Shown here: positions 1 through 9,007 of the stretch, piece after piece
Numbering within the stretch: the stretch's first letter is position 1
Layout of the letters: the number at the start of each line of letters is the position of its first letter
Origin: a virus
Taxonomy: Duplodnaviria; Caudoviricetes
Length of the DNA stretch: 64,000 nucleotides
Virus record (IMG/VR): IMGVR_UViG_3300033802_000250
Strand: one strand, 5' to 3'
Position numbers and translations under genes: made by a program
Notes under the pieces: generated by a model
What the model was told of the DNA's origin: nothing
The model's database searches: none
What the model saw: the letters and a program-made list of their open reading frames with translations, nothing else

Positions 1-761
1 CGGGAGATCTTTTTGTCGGAGCCGCCGGAGAACAGATACAGAACGCGCGGAAACTTGCGGCGGTATAATTCCGCCCAAGACTCCTTGATCCACTGGCTGG
101 AGAGTTCCCAATCACGATAGCGTTCCAGCTTGCGAAGCTCATCCATTTCCTTCTTTTCGCAGTTGTCTACCTCAATGAAGTATTTGTAGCCGAATCCGTT
201 CTTCCTGAAGGCCACGATTAAGTCCGGCTCGATTTGCGCCGTCTTCGGCTTGTATGAATAGCAGGCCCGCATCAGATCTATACTAATCTCACCCGTGCGA
301 TCAAGCTCGGTTAACATACAGTAGGCGTCGAGGATGCGGGCGTGGTGCTGGTATTCCATCGTCAGCGTCTTCGACGGCCTACCCTCGATGTCCAAGTATT
401 TGTATCCCGCTCGATCCAGCCAGATGTATTGCACGCTGGTTCCCTCCCCTATGGGTAGTTTCGGCGAATACTTGTTGACGAAATGATACTCAAACAACTT
501 GCGGATGCGGTCGCGGCAGATTTGTTCGCCGCGCCGACACTCAAAGAACGGTCGGATTACCTTTCCGCTCTTGAGTGTGGTCTGCGGCGTCAATATATAA
601 AGATGACGCACGGTCATAACCGGGAACTGCGCCAGCAAGTGCAACATAGCCACATCCCGTGGCGTGAGGATGTGGCTATGTTGCTGTACCCATTCCTTCG
701 ATATGGTCGCCACATGTTCCCGCTGAGAGCGGCCCTTACGAATCCTGCCCAAGCGGAACAC
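1..761 (-). CDS. Replication-relaxation (Replic_Relax) family protein; 3' end runs off the window
   Basis: Absent from the ORF track because there is no stop in the window. Manual translation gives LTPRDVAMLHLLAQF...RDRIRKL...YQHHARI...IEPDLIV...YFIEVDN...KLERY, the wHTH plus PD-(D/E)xK layout of this family. Start codon approximate. Confidence 0.8.
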   Translation of the reverse strand, partial: MFRLGRIRKGRSQREHVATISKEWVQQHSHILTPRDVAMLHLLAQFPVMTVRHLYILTPQTTLKSGKVIRPFFECRRGEQICRDRIRKLFEYHFVNKYSPKLPIGEGTSVQYIWLDRAGYKYLDIEGRPSKTLTMEYQHHARILDAYCMLTELDRTGEISIDLMRACYSYKPKTAQIEPDLIVAFRKNGFGYKYFIEVDNCEKKEMDELRKLERYRDWELSSQWIKESWAELYRRKFPRVLYLFSGGSDKKIS

Positions 762-3144
762 CTTCTTCCTCCTCTTTATGCTCGTAGGACTCCAACAATT
801 CGCGATATTCCTGAACCGTAAGCTTCAGGTTTCGCGCCGAAATATCCTCTCGATGCTCATCCACAGTCTTCGGGGCAAGAATGCGTCTCCACTTTTGTTG
901 CAGGGCCGGATCCGGGCCGTAGGATTTCGGGAGCATCCCTTTGGCGTTGAAGATGAACGGCTTCAGACTCTCCTTGCCTACATACGTCTTGAAGTACCAG
1001 TGGTATTCGAGCGATTCAAGCTGAGCGAGTTCCTCCTTCGAGATCTTCAGGATACTCGCCATTTCCTTTAGGCCATCGTTGTCAAGCCCGCCGCCGACGA
1101 GGATATGTGGATTCATGCCGATGATCTGGCTCCAGAGCGCCGGGTCGCGCTTAATCACTTGCGTTGGATTCTGAATGAGGAAGTTGTCGCTCACCCGGTA
1201 CTTCCTCGATTTGGAGATGCTGAGTTCAAAGACCGGCGTCGCTGTCATGTATGTCTGCGGCTCGTCGTACATCTTGTGGTGTAGGATGGGCTCCTGCTTG
1301 CGCTGAAGCATTGCTTCTCGCGACAGCGTCGCCGTCCAATAGGCGTAATTGAGAAAACTCATTAGCATCCGCTGTTCCGTCTCCAAAAATACGCCGTTGG
1401 AGAGGTTGTAGAGGATCCACCGCCCTTCATTCATCCATTTGGCGATCTCCAGCCGTCCGCCGCGTCCGCAAAAGATCGGCGCGATCCGTTTGTTGTATTG
1501 CAGGTTATCGAGGCGGTAGAGGATCGGCTGGAGAATTTCATTTATCATCGCCTCGCTCTTGGCGATCTTCGGGAACTCCGATTTCCACCATAGATACAAA
1601 TCCGGGTGTGTTTTACGGATCTTCGGCAGAAACTTGCGGCGGTAATCTTCATCCCGCATCATCAGGATCAATTCCAGAAACGTCGAATCCGGGTCGGTGA
1701 ATACCGTAATGGCCGATTTTTGAAGGAAGGAGTTCATTCGAGCGTAGCTCGCCGTGTGGAAGAAAATCTCGAAGAACTCCGCGAACATCATGCCGATGGT
1801 ATCTGCGTCTGTTCCAAGACTTGAGAAGTTGAAGACGTGGGGATATTCTTGGTTTGCGAAATCGACGAGGACGAGTTTGTCGCGTCGCTCCAGCGGCGTA
1901 CATTCGATTGCTTCGAGGTAGAGCCTTCCGTCTGCAACATCAAAAATGCTTCCACCATGTCCGACGGCAAGGGCTCCTTGCATAAAGACTTTGACGGCAG
2001 TTGATTTTCCACTACCCGGAGGAGCGATCCAAAGTCGAGCCTTTGCGGCTGTGTCAGGATTAGCGATACTAAATCCGACTTCTTTTCCTCGGGAATCGTA
2101 TTCAATGCTATATCCAACAGGAATGATTGCGCTTGTGATACGTTGATCCACATGTTCTTCATCGGGCACCATCCTCTCCAGTCGTTTTGTCTTGATGTCC
2201 TTCGTGGGAAAACACAGCAAGCCTTTCAACTCGTCTTCGCACAGGAGATTATGCGAAGACATAAGAGGCATTTGTCTTCTCTGGATGGACATCAGCGCCG
2301 CTTTCTTGAACAGCACGCCGGACAGACGCCAATTGTTGTAGTAGTTGGTTGCCTTGAATGAGCCCGCAAGTCCTTCGATAATGTCGTTTCGGCGGCCATA
2401 ATCTTTCGCCTGCACCGCCAGCCGGACGGCAACATGGAAGCCGGACTGGCGAATTTTCTTGTGAAAATCGTTGATCTGCCGGTGCTTCTTTTGACTCGGT
2501 CGCTCGCTCTGCTTCTGCTTACCGATGGTGTTGACCCATCGCGTGATGGAACTGTCCAGCATCCGCCCTCCGGCCTGAAGCCAGTTACCATCAGCGACCG
2601 GATCGCCCCGAAGATACGCCTCATAGGTCTTCTCCAGATCCTCCTGCCAACTGTCGAGAATCGGCTCGATCAGAATTTGCACGAAAGCTTTTTCGCCCTC
2701 ACGCAACTCCTCCGTTACATGAAGCATATCTTTGCAGATCATAGTATCGCCGAGTTGAAGCGGGAAGATCGGGTTCTTCGTCAGGTTGAGGGTAGCGATC
2801 AATGTGTCCGGCGGATCCTCCTCAAACGGCCATCCTTTATGGGTATGCTCTTTCACCCCGGCTCCCTTGAACGCGGCCTGAATGCGCTCCTTCATCAGAA
2901 TCTTGTGTCGGGCGGGAACCGTGTAAAGATAAAAGCTGGTATTGTGGTCTGCGTACAGTTCAAATGCGATGACTGGCTGACCACCTCGGAGCGCCTTGAA
3001 TAACTGATCGTTGCGAATAGAGTAGAACGATTTGATGAGTGTACCAAGTTCCGCATTATTGTTGTCGGTCGTGGGCGCGATGCGGTAAGAGACGTAGTCG
3101 TGAACCTTCAGGATGCCGGGGCGGTATCTATTTGCCTCTTGCAC
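736..3144 (-). CDS. VirB4/VirD4/HerA-like P-loop ATPase (conjugation/coupling-protein type)
   Basis: 802 aa; Walker A APPGSGKST, Walker B-like MYDEPQ, RKYRV motif; lies between Replic_Relax and membrane-protein genes. Confidence 0.75.
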   Translation of the reverse strand: MQEANRYRPGILKVHDYVSYRIAPTTDNNNAELGTLIKSFYSIRNDQLFKALRGGQPVIAFELYADHNTSFYLYTVPARHKILMKERIQAAFKGAGVKEHTHKGWPFEEDPPDTLIATLNLTKNPIFPLQLGDTMICKDMLHVTEELREGEKAFVQILIEPILDSWQEDLEKTYEAYLRGDPVADGNWLQAGGRMLDSSITRWVNTIGKQKQSERPSQKKHRQINDFHKKIRQSGFHVAVRLAVQAKDYGRRNDIIEGLAGSFKATNYYNNWRLSGVLFKKAALMSIQRRQMPLMSSHNLLCEDELKGLLCFPTKDIKTKRLERMVPDEEHVDQRITSAIIPVGYSIEYDSRGKEVGFSIANPDTAAKARLWIAPPGSGKSTAVKVFMQGALAVGHGGSIFDVADGRLYLEAIECTPLERRDKLVLVDFANQEYPHVFNFSSLGTDADTIGMMFAEFFEIFFHTASYARMNSFLQKSAITVFTDPDSTFLELILMMRDEDYRRKFLPKIRKTHPDLYLWWKSEFPKIAKSEAMINEILQPILYRLDNLQYNKRIAPIFCGRGGRLEIAKWMNEGRWILYNLSNGVFLETEQRMLMSFLNYAYWTATLSREAMLQRKQEPILHHKMYDEPQTYMTATPVFELSISKSRKYRVSDNFLIQNPTQVIKRDPALWSQIIGMNPHILVGGGLDNDGLKEMASILKISKEELAQLESLEYHWYFKTYVGKESLKPFIFNAKGMLPKSYGPDPALQQKWRRILAPKTVDEHREDISARNLKLTVQEYRELLESYEHKEEEEGVPLGQDS

Positions 3145-3259
3145 GCCCGCTCACCACCTTGAGCGTCAGGATACCGACGACCATCAATGTAATCGTGTTA
3201 ATGGCAAGCACCGTCGTCTGAATGACCAAGGCAACCGTCATAATTTGCTCAGCCGACAT
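3128..3259 (-). CDS. Small single-TM membrane protein (43 aa)
   Basis: MSAEQIMTVALVIQTTVLAINTITLMVVGILTLKVVSGRARGK*, preceded by an AGGGGG SD and filling the operon gap. Confidence 0.6.
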   Translation of the reverse strand: MSAEQIMTVALVIQTTVLAINTITLMVVGILTLKVVSGRARGK

Positions 3260-3271
3260 GGGACACCCCCT

Positions 3272-4201
3272 TCACTTTGAGCGCGTCGCCAGCATTTTCG
3301 CCACTCTGACGATGTTTTTCAGCATGTTCTTTTCGCCGCCGGATGACGGAAAGATGCTCTGAAGCCACGACGGCGGGTAATTCATCACATGTAAACCTCC
3401 GATAGACAGCATCAATCGAACGAGTCCAGAGTTCATACCGTCGATGGTGCCCTCAAACGGGAAGATGTTCGGCGCATACAGAATCACGGCGACCAGACTG
3501 AGCAAAAGGCTTTGATAGACCTGAATACCGTATTTGTATAGCGTATCCCTGAGCCAGCCGCTTGCCACCTGCTCGTAAGGCCGGAACGTGTACGCCAACA
3601 TAACGAATGGCGTCATCACACAGTTGAACAGCAAGCCGAACCAGCGGTTCGCATGAAAAAAGAATGTGCGGATCAGATAGTATCCAAGCACAGCAATAAA
3701 GATGAATGTCAGAAACGCCATGTAGATGCTTGCGCCAAACTGATGCAGAGTGCTGGAATAGATTGCTGAAGAATGAAGGGTGGAACCGGTAATGAGGCCA
3801 ATCAGGGAGACGAGTTCGTTGACTCCCATGCCTGCAAAATAGAACAGGGTCGGCGCAAAAGCTGTAACTGCAAGCGCAATGGGATATCGACGAATGATGG
3901 TGGAGATCGGGGTGTATTGCATGGAAAGCGTGCGCTTGATGCCTTCAATCATGGCGAGTACGGTTACAAGCCCGCCGGAAATGACTCCGAATTTGAACAC
4001 GAGACTCATGGTTGTTGTCGTTTTGAATACGGAGAACGGCGTAAACAAAACATACTTGAGCATTTCGTCGAAGATCCATCCGACAAAGTCGATCAAGAAG
4101 CCGCGCTCTTTTTCAACAATATACTCCTCCGCCGACTGGCATCCCGGCAGAAAAAGACAGGGTAGCGCGAGCGCAAACGCCTTCAGCGTGCGCCGCTTTA
4201 C
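3272..4201 (-). CDS. VirB6/TrbL-like polytopic membrane protein
   Basis: Several hydrophobic helices, lipobox-like LFLPGC near the N-terminus, transfer-module context; true start uncertain (open frame extends to 4501). Confidence 0.6.
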   Translation of the reverse strand, partial: VKRRTLKAFALALPCLFLPGCQSAEEYIVEKERGFLIDFVGWIFDEMLKYVLFTPFSVFKTTTTMSLVFKFGVISGGLVTVLAMIEGIKRTLSMQYTPISTIIRRYPIALAVTAFAPTLFYFAGMGVNELVSLIGLITGSTLHSSAIYSSTLHQFGASIYMAFLTFIFIAVLGYYLIRTFFFHANRWFGLLFNCVMTPFVMLAYTFRPYEQVASGWLRDTLYKYGIQVYQSLLLSLVAVILYAPNIFPFEGTIDGMNSGLVRLMLSIGGLHVMNYPPSWLQSIFPSSGGEKNMLKNIVRVAKMLATRSK

Positions 4202-4713
4202 ATCAAAGAACCGGGAAAGAGCTTGAGCAAACCTCGGACAATCATGGCTAGGATACCCAACACAGCAGGTGCAGTAAGCACTTGGATCATACCCATGCAG
4301 GCATCCGCGTACCTGCGCCTCGCTTCTTCGCGAAGCCCAATAATCCTTAAAAGACCGGCTATCATAGCCATAATAACGGCGACCGAGACGCAAAGCCCAA
4401 GACAAAGCAATTGGATCTTGAGCAATACCATATCGACTTCCGGCGGGATAACCGCTTCCTTCTTCATGGCTTCGATAGTTTCCTTCGGAAGCGCGGCCCA
4501 CGCCGGATGCGTCGGAGTTACGGCAAGAAGTCCCACAAGTAACCCGAAAACCCGACGCTGTTTTCTTAATGATTTGGGCTCCTTGCCTTGCATAAAATTT
4601 GCGACAGCTTTGATGTCTTTCGCTATTGCTTTCTCAATTCTGACAGGACGAGACTCAAGTGTTACCCGAAACCCTGTCGCCGTTGCGGTCATCATCGTTA
4701 TCACCACCTTCAA
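4198..4713 (-). CDS. Membrane protein, possibly pilin/VirB2-like
   Basis: Signal-like segment (PAWA) followed by two TM helices; first gene of the transfer operon. Confidence 0.45.
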   Translation of the reverse strand: MKVVITMMTATATGFRVTLESRPVRIEKAIAKDIKAVANFMQGKEPKSLRKQRRVFGLLVGLLAVTPTHPAWAALPKETIEAMKKEAVIPPEVDMVLLKIQLLCLGLCVSVAVIMAMIAGLLRIIGLREEARRRYADACMGMIQVLTAPAVLGILAMIVRGLLKLFPGSLM

Positions 4714-4814
4714 TGGAGTAAGGTGGTTTATAACTATGTCGATTGCTACTCGTCTTATTCCAAAATTTCCGATACAATAAAGGTATCAAGTTCACAGTAA
4801 AGGAGGTCGTGAAC

Positions 4815-5522
4815 ATGCCACATGCTATTCAGAGTAATGACGATGCGAGTCGAACCGGGCTTTACGTCGGCATTGGGGTAGCAACATTAGGGGTTGCCGG
4901 GGCCATCGTAGCCCACAAGACCGGAGCGTACAAGAAAGCGGCCCGGGCTTTGGGATTGGACGCTAAATCCAGAGCGGCCCGCGCCGCCAAGAAAGAAGAA
5001 GCGTACGCCCGTAACGAAGCCCGCAAGGTCTTCAACGAGAAATTCGGCACAAACGTATCCGGTCTCAGCTACGAGGATAAGCTGAAATATATGAATCAAT
5101 TGGATAACGATGCAGACAAGGATCTGTTCCGCAAGGCGACGTTTGGTGATAATGACTGGAGACAATATAAGGAGGAGGTCGAGAAGAAGATTACTGATTC
5201 CCGAATAGCCTCGGTGAATGCAACGGACGAAGGCCAGAAGATCGCAGAACGGCTCAAACAAACCGAAACGGGCCGCCAAGTCAACAACTTGCGCGAGCGG
5301 CTGAATCGTCAACAAGAGGTAAAAGCAAAAATGGATGCTACGCTTGTACATGAGCGGGCATATTCGACAGTGGATCAGATGTACAATGATCGCATTCAAG
5401 CCGAGCAAATTCTGAATCGAGTAGAGCGGGCTCAAGCTATCAACGGTATGCTGGTTGAACCTGCGGAAGTCGTTCTCTCAAGATTGGATGCAAAGCGTAA
5501 GCAAATGCAAAGAAATTCATGA
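4815..5522 (+). CDS. Hypothetical protein with N-terminal TM helix and coiled coil
   Basis: AGGAGG SD before ATG 4815; hydrophobic LYVGIGVATLGVAGAIVA. Confidence 0.6.
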   Translation: MPHAIQSNDDASRTGLYVGIGVATLGVAGAIVAHKTGAYKKAARALGLDAKSRAARAAKKEEAYARNEARKVFNEKFGTNVSGLSYEDKLKYMNQLDNDADKDLFRKATFGDNDWRQYKEEVEKKITDSRIASVNATDEGQKIAERLKQTETGRQVNNLRERLNRQQEVKAKMDATLVHERAYSTVDQMYNDRIQAEQILNRVERAQAINGMLVEPAEVVLSRLDAKRKQMQRNS

Positions 5523-5549
5523 TAGTCCGGTATAAAGGAGGGATCGTCA

Positions 5550-5777
5550 TTGCGAAGCAATATGGCCGCCAGTAAGCAGGCGCTTTTCGCGTTTGCTGGC
5601 CGGGTAAAAACCCGCGCTTCAACCGCAATGCAAAAATTTCGGGAAGTCATGAATGAACCGAGAGGGAAGCCCTACAGCAAGATGACGCCGCAGGAGCGTA
5701 TAGAGTTTGATCTCGACTTCCTCGACGATATGGACGACATACCTCGTTCGTGGCTGAAGATGAACAAGCGCAAATAA
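5550..5777 (+). CDS. Hypothetical protein
   Basis: AAGGAGG SD upstream; follows the 4815 gene. Confidence 0.5.
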   Translation: MRSNMAASKQALFAFAGRVKTRASTAMQKFREVMNEPRGKPYSKMTPQERIEFDLDFLDDMDDIPRSWLKMNKRK

Positions 5778-5808
5778 CAAAAAGAAGGAACCAACGGCGT
5801 ACTGCGGT

Positions 5809-6054
5809 TCAGGGCCGCAGTACGACACGATTGGTTCCTATCTGTGCGACAATAACATCTCGGGCCGGAGCCAAGTCTTGCCCATCAAATATTAAAGTCT
5901 CGTTGTCATCAATAACTCCACCCTGCTCTACCTTCAACCCCAAGCGTATCAAGTGCTTCATGCGTTCCGAACGGTTTTTGACATCACGGAATGCCTCCTC
6001 AAGATCCGTATCCCTGCCATCTTTCGCCAGTCTACATTGGAGCAATGGAATCAT
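5809..6054 (-). CDS. Small putative ribbon-helix-helix DNA-binding protein
   Basis: GGAGG SD; short strand then helix pair (QCRL...DTDLEEAF...RSERMKHLIRLGL). Confidence 0.45.
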   Translation of the reverse strand: MIPLLQCRLAKDGRDTDLEEAFRDVKNRSERMKHLIRLGLKVEQGGVIDDNETLIFDGQDLAPARDVIVAQIGTNRVVLRP

Positions 6055-6087
6055 TTACATCCCCTCCAAAAGCTGATGTTATGTCAT

Positions 6088-6119
6088 AATTGTATGGCAA
6101 AGGTTTTTGTCCGTATGAC
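6088..6119 (-). promoter_or_regulatory. Putative sporulation sigmaE-type promoter
   Basis: Minus strand reads gTCATA-cggacaaaaacctttgc-CATACAAT upstream of the 5809..6054 gene. Confidence 0.35.
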
Positions 6120-6190
6120 AGGAATAAAACACCTGTGTTACGGATAGACTAGCTTTAGGTGACAATCTCAAAGATGACAGGAGGAATTTC

Positions 6191-6649
6191 GTGATGTCAA
6201 AAGAGAAGCGAGTCCGCTACTCTGGAGCGTACAATCGTCTATTCCCCGTGAAAGTATCCACGAACACCTTCATCACCATCTACATCTTACACCTATTGCT
6301 AATGAAGGGAAGACTGTATGGCAAAGAGATCATCAACTCCATCGAAGACCGCTTTTCCGGTCAATGGAAACCATCACACGGTTTGGTATATCCGATACTC
6401 CGGGAACTTGAGGCGGAAGGTTTAGTCCGGGGCGAATGGATTGGAGATAGCTCAAAGAAGACGATCCGCATTTACGAGATCACGGAGAAGGGTCGCGAGG
6501 TGTACGACAAGGAAAAAGAAAAGCACAAAGGCGTCTTCGCTCAATCGTATGCCATCATGGAAACCCTGATGGGCGACCTGTACGAAGACTACCGACCGAT
6601 TGAGTGGATTGACGCTGACAAAAAGGAGAATAAAGCCGCCTTCGCTTAA
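6191..6649 (+). CDS. PadR family transcriptional regulator
   Basis: LYGKEI...WKPSHGLVYPILRELEAEGLV...IYEITEKG wHTH signature. Confidence 0.9.
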   Translation: MMSKEKRVRYSGAYNRLFPVKVSTNTFITIYILHLLLMKGRLYGKEIINSIEDRFSGQWKPSHGLVYPILRELEAEGLVRGEWIGDSSKKTIRIYEITEKGREVYDKEKEKHKGVFAQSYAIMETLMGDLYEDYRPIEWIDADKKENKAAFA

Positions 6650-6666
6650 TGAAGGCGGCTATTATT

Positions 6667-6999
6667 TTACCGGTTGACGCCGCGCCGAACCTCATCGCGG
6701 TAGCGCTCCTCATTCTCGTTATCCTGCATACTGCGCCACAAGAGTTGCGCATTCCTTTGAATGGTTCGCGTATTCTCGTCCAGCTTCGGCAGGTAATTGT
6801 CCCGAAGATCGAGAAGCTCCTTTTCGGTAATCGCCTTGCCGGATTGGACAGCCTTTACCATGAGGTTCAATTGGATTCTCGCATGATCGACGGTTTGCTC
6901 GATCTGATCTGCGCTGGAAGCCATTTGCGTCACCAAATCTTGGCCGTATTTCATGGCCCGAAGTTCGGCTTGCGTAATGCAGATGATCTGCTTATTCAA
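6667..6999 (-). CDS. Hypothetical coiled-coil protein
   Basis: Part of a chain of overlapping minus-strand ORFs. Confidence 0.6.
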   Translation of the reverse strand: MNKQIICITQAELRAMKYGQDLVTQMASSADQIEQTVDHARIQLNLMVKAVQSGKAITEKELLDLRDNYLPKLDENTRTIQRNAQLLWRSMQDNENEERYRDEVRRGVNR

Positions 7000-7309
7000 C
7001 CGAACCAGCTTCTTTCAACTCGATGTCGATGTAATTGATGGCCGATTGCATTTGGGTAACGTACTCCTGAAGTTTCTGTTTGACGACCTTCAGCGCTTCG
7101 ATTTTAGCCTGCTCAATATCCTTCGACCTGAGTATACCGTCGATGTGCAGAAAGTGCGAGCGACAGAACCATCTGTCCGGGAAATAGATGTTGCGCGTCA
7201 CGATGATGTCGATGTCGCCAACTTGTGCTTTCCAAATGCGCGGCACCCGTTGATCGAGCGGCTCCCTTTGCGAATACGACGTGGTATCTTTCCATACGAT
7301 ACCTTTCAT
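6992..7309 (-). CDS. Hypothetical protein
   Basis: GGGAGGAG SD before MKGIVWKD. Confidence 0.6.
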   Translation of the reverse strand: MKGIVWKDTTSYSQREPLDQRVPRIWKAQVGDIDIIVTRNIYFPDRWFCRSHFLHIDGILRSKDIEQAKIEALKVVKQKLQEYVTQMQSAINYIDIELKEAGSVE

Positions 7310-7310
7310 G

Positions 7311-7613
7311 TCAATCTCCTCCCGTGATCCTTCGATTATAGCATGGCCCGCATACATCGAGCCCGGGATTGGCTTCTTCTTCGCCGCAATCCAAACAAGG
7401 CTTGACTAAAGCCTGCCTCGGCTCCTCGATCCTCAGCTTTGCTACATAGCTACGAAGCCTCTTGATACGATGTCCGAGCGTAAACAGCGGCGAAAAGATA
7501 CGGTCGTTGACATCGGGATAAAGGGTTTTGAGTTCGGCGCTGATACCATCGCCGATACTTTCAAGTTCATCGACGATATGCTTCAAATGCTGGTTCTCAA
7601 TCATCGTGCTCAA
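7311..7613 (-). CDS. Hypothetical protein with C-terminal zinc finger
   Basis: CLDC...CGPC. Confidence 0.55.
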   Translation of the reverse strand: MSTMIENQHLKHIVDELESIGDGISAELKTLYPDVNDRIFSPLFTLGHRIKRLRSYVAKLRIEEPRQALVKPCLDCGEEEANPGLDVCGPCYNRRITGGD

Positions 7614-7782
7614 ACTCCTCGCGAGAGATCTCCCGAACCGCGCAATGCGGTTCTTCTTCCCATACGTCGTCGGGATCGGTAGCCTTCCCGATACAGCCTG
7701 CCCTGCCGATGATTTCGTAATACTTCTCCGGCAGTTCTTTGCCCATTGTTACATGGTCATCTTTGATCAGCGGTTTATCCAT
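7597..7782 (-). CDS. Small hypothetical protein
   Basis: Coupled to neighbours; likely start MDKPLIK. Confidence 0.45.
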   Translation of the reverse strand: MDKPLIKDDHVTMGKELPEKYYEIIGRAGCIGKATDPDDVWEEEPHCAVREISREEFEHDD

Positions 7783-8389
7783 TGGGTACGCCTGCCTTTG
7801 CGAGCTTGTCCCATTTGGTCGGGTTCCACGCATTTGCATTGAGCCAGTTGCGAGAGCCCGGACTCAGATCATGGATCCTGTAATCGGCGTGAATGATTCG
7901 CGCGTTGATGTTGAACAACGTACGATTGATGTTGGCGATTCTGTAAGCCGTCAGATCCGGTTCTGCGGCGTACAGGATGCCCTTGTCGCCGAACCTCTCC
8001 GACAGGGCAATCAGAAGTCCGCCGGAGCCCGCACACCGATCTAAGAGGCGATAGATCGTCTTCTCGGGAAGCTGATCCGTTCTGCTCGCAATTCGGCGGC
8101 AAGCATCCATGTCAGCGAAGAAATCCGACGCGCAATGGCTTTTGTAATACGTGGTCACGAAGTAGCCGATGACATCCTCCCGACGCTCCGCAAGCGGTGA
8201 AAGGTCGATAGTCTTCAGCTTTTGATAAGCGTCTTGATGGATCGAACCGGATACCATGCCGGGATCCACGCCAACTTCAAAAGCAATCCATTGGATCATC
8301 GCCTGAACCGCGTCGGCTTCGTTTTTCTTGCCATCATTCATTAGGATGTCCATTACACGGTGCAATATATCCGTCGCCTTCGTCGTCAT
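7775..8389 (-). CDS. Truncated N-6 DNA methylase-like (HsdM-like) protein
   Basis: SAM-binding motif I LLDRCAGSGGLL present; no NPP(F/Y) catalytic motif before the stop. Confidence 0.6.
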   Translation of the reverse strand: MTTKATDILHRVMDILMNDGKKNEADAVQAMIQWIAFEVGVDPGMVSGSIHQDAYQKLKTIDLSPLAERREDVIGYFVTTYYKSHCASDFFADMDACRRIASRTDQLPEKTIYRLLDRCAGSGGLLIALSERFGDKGILYAAEPDLTAYRIANINRTLFNINARIIHADYRIHDLSPGSRNWLNANAWNPTKWDKLAKAGVPNG

Positions 8390-8744
8390 ACACTTCCTCC
8401 TCCCAAAAGTGATTGATTTCGTCGATCCTGTTTTGTGCCGCTCGAATTGCCATCGACCACGACCCGAAATGACGCCTGAAGGTTGAAGAATGGGGCATCC
8501 CCGGATGCGCATCGCATTCGCGTTGCGTCGGGAGATGCCCAAATTCATCAGCGTATTGAATGAGCCAGCGTATCAGTTCCTCCTGATCCCAGGCATGTTC
8601 CCGGTAATGATCTTTCGGTGTCGGGCACAACTCAAGATTCGACGGATCGTTATTGGAGCGGTTACGGTCTTTGTGATGTACATGCTCATGGGATTCGAGC
8701 TTGCGACCGATTATCCCCTCCATAATCCGGCGATAGTTGCTCAC
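8334..8744 (-). CDS. HNH endonuclease with homing-endonuclease-associated helical repeat
   Basis: VHHKDRNRSNNDPSNL...H, then FGHLPT...TFRRHFGSW. Confidence 0.8.
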   Translation of the reverse strand: MSNYRRIMEGIIGRKLESHEHVHHKDRNRSNNDPSNLELCPTPKDHYREHAWDQEELIRWLIQYADEFGHLPTQRECDAHPGMPHSSTFRRHFGSWSMAIRAAQNRIDEINHFWEEEVYDDEGDGYIAPCNGHPNE

Positions 8745-9007
8745 GCCTCGTTATAGACGCTGACTCCCATGTAAACCGCCGGCATATAGTAGTCATACTT
8801 GACGCTCTGGCCGCCGCGCGGAACCTTGATCAGATGCCGGTCAACGGTACTGATCACCATGCCCTTGATTTGGTTGCGCGAAAGCTGATCGTATTCCGGG
8901 ATCAACGTGCGGATGTCCGTGTTGGCCGGAACGAAGGCGACGTATTCGCCAACCTTCTCTTTGAAACTGCTGACCCAACGTACCTTTTGACCCTTAGTGA
9001 ACTTCAT
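8741..9007 (-). CDS. Hypothetical protein
   Basis: GGAGG SD before MKFTKGQKVRW. Confidence 0.55.
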   Translation of the reverse strand: MKFTKGQKVRWVSSFKEKVGEYVAFVPANTDIRTLIPEYDQLSRNQIKGMVISTVDRHLIKVPRGGQSVKYDYYMPAVYMGVSVYNEA

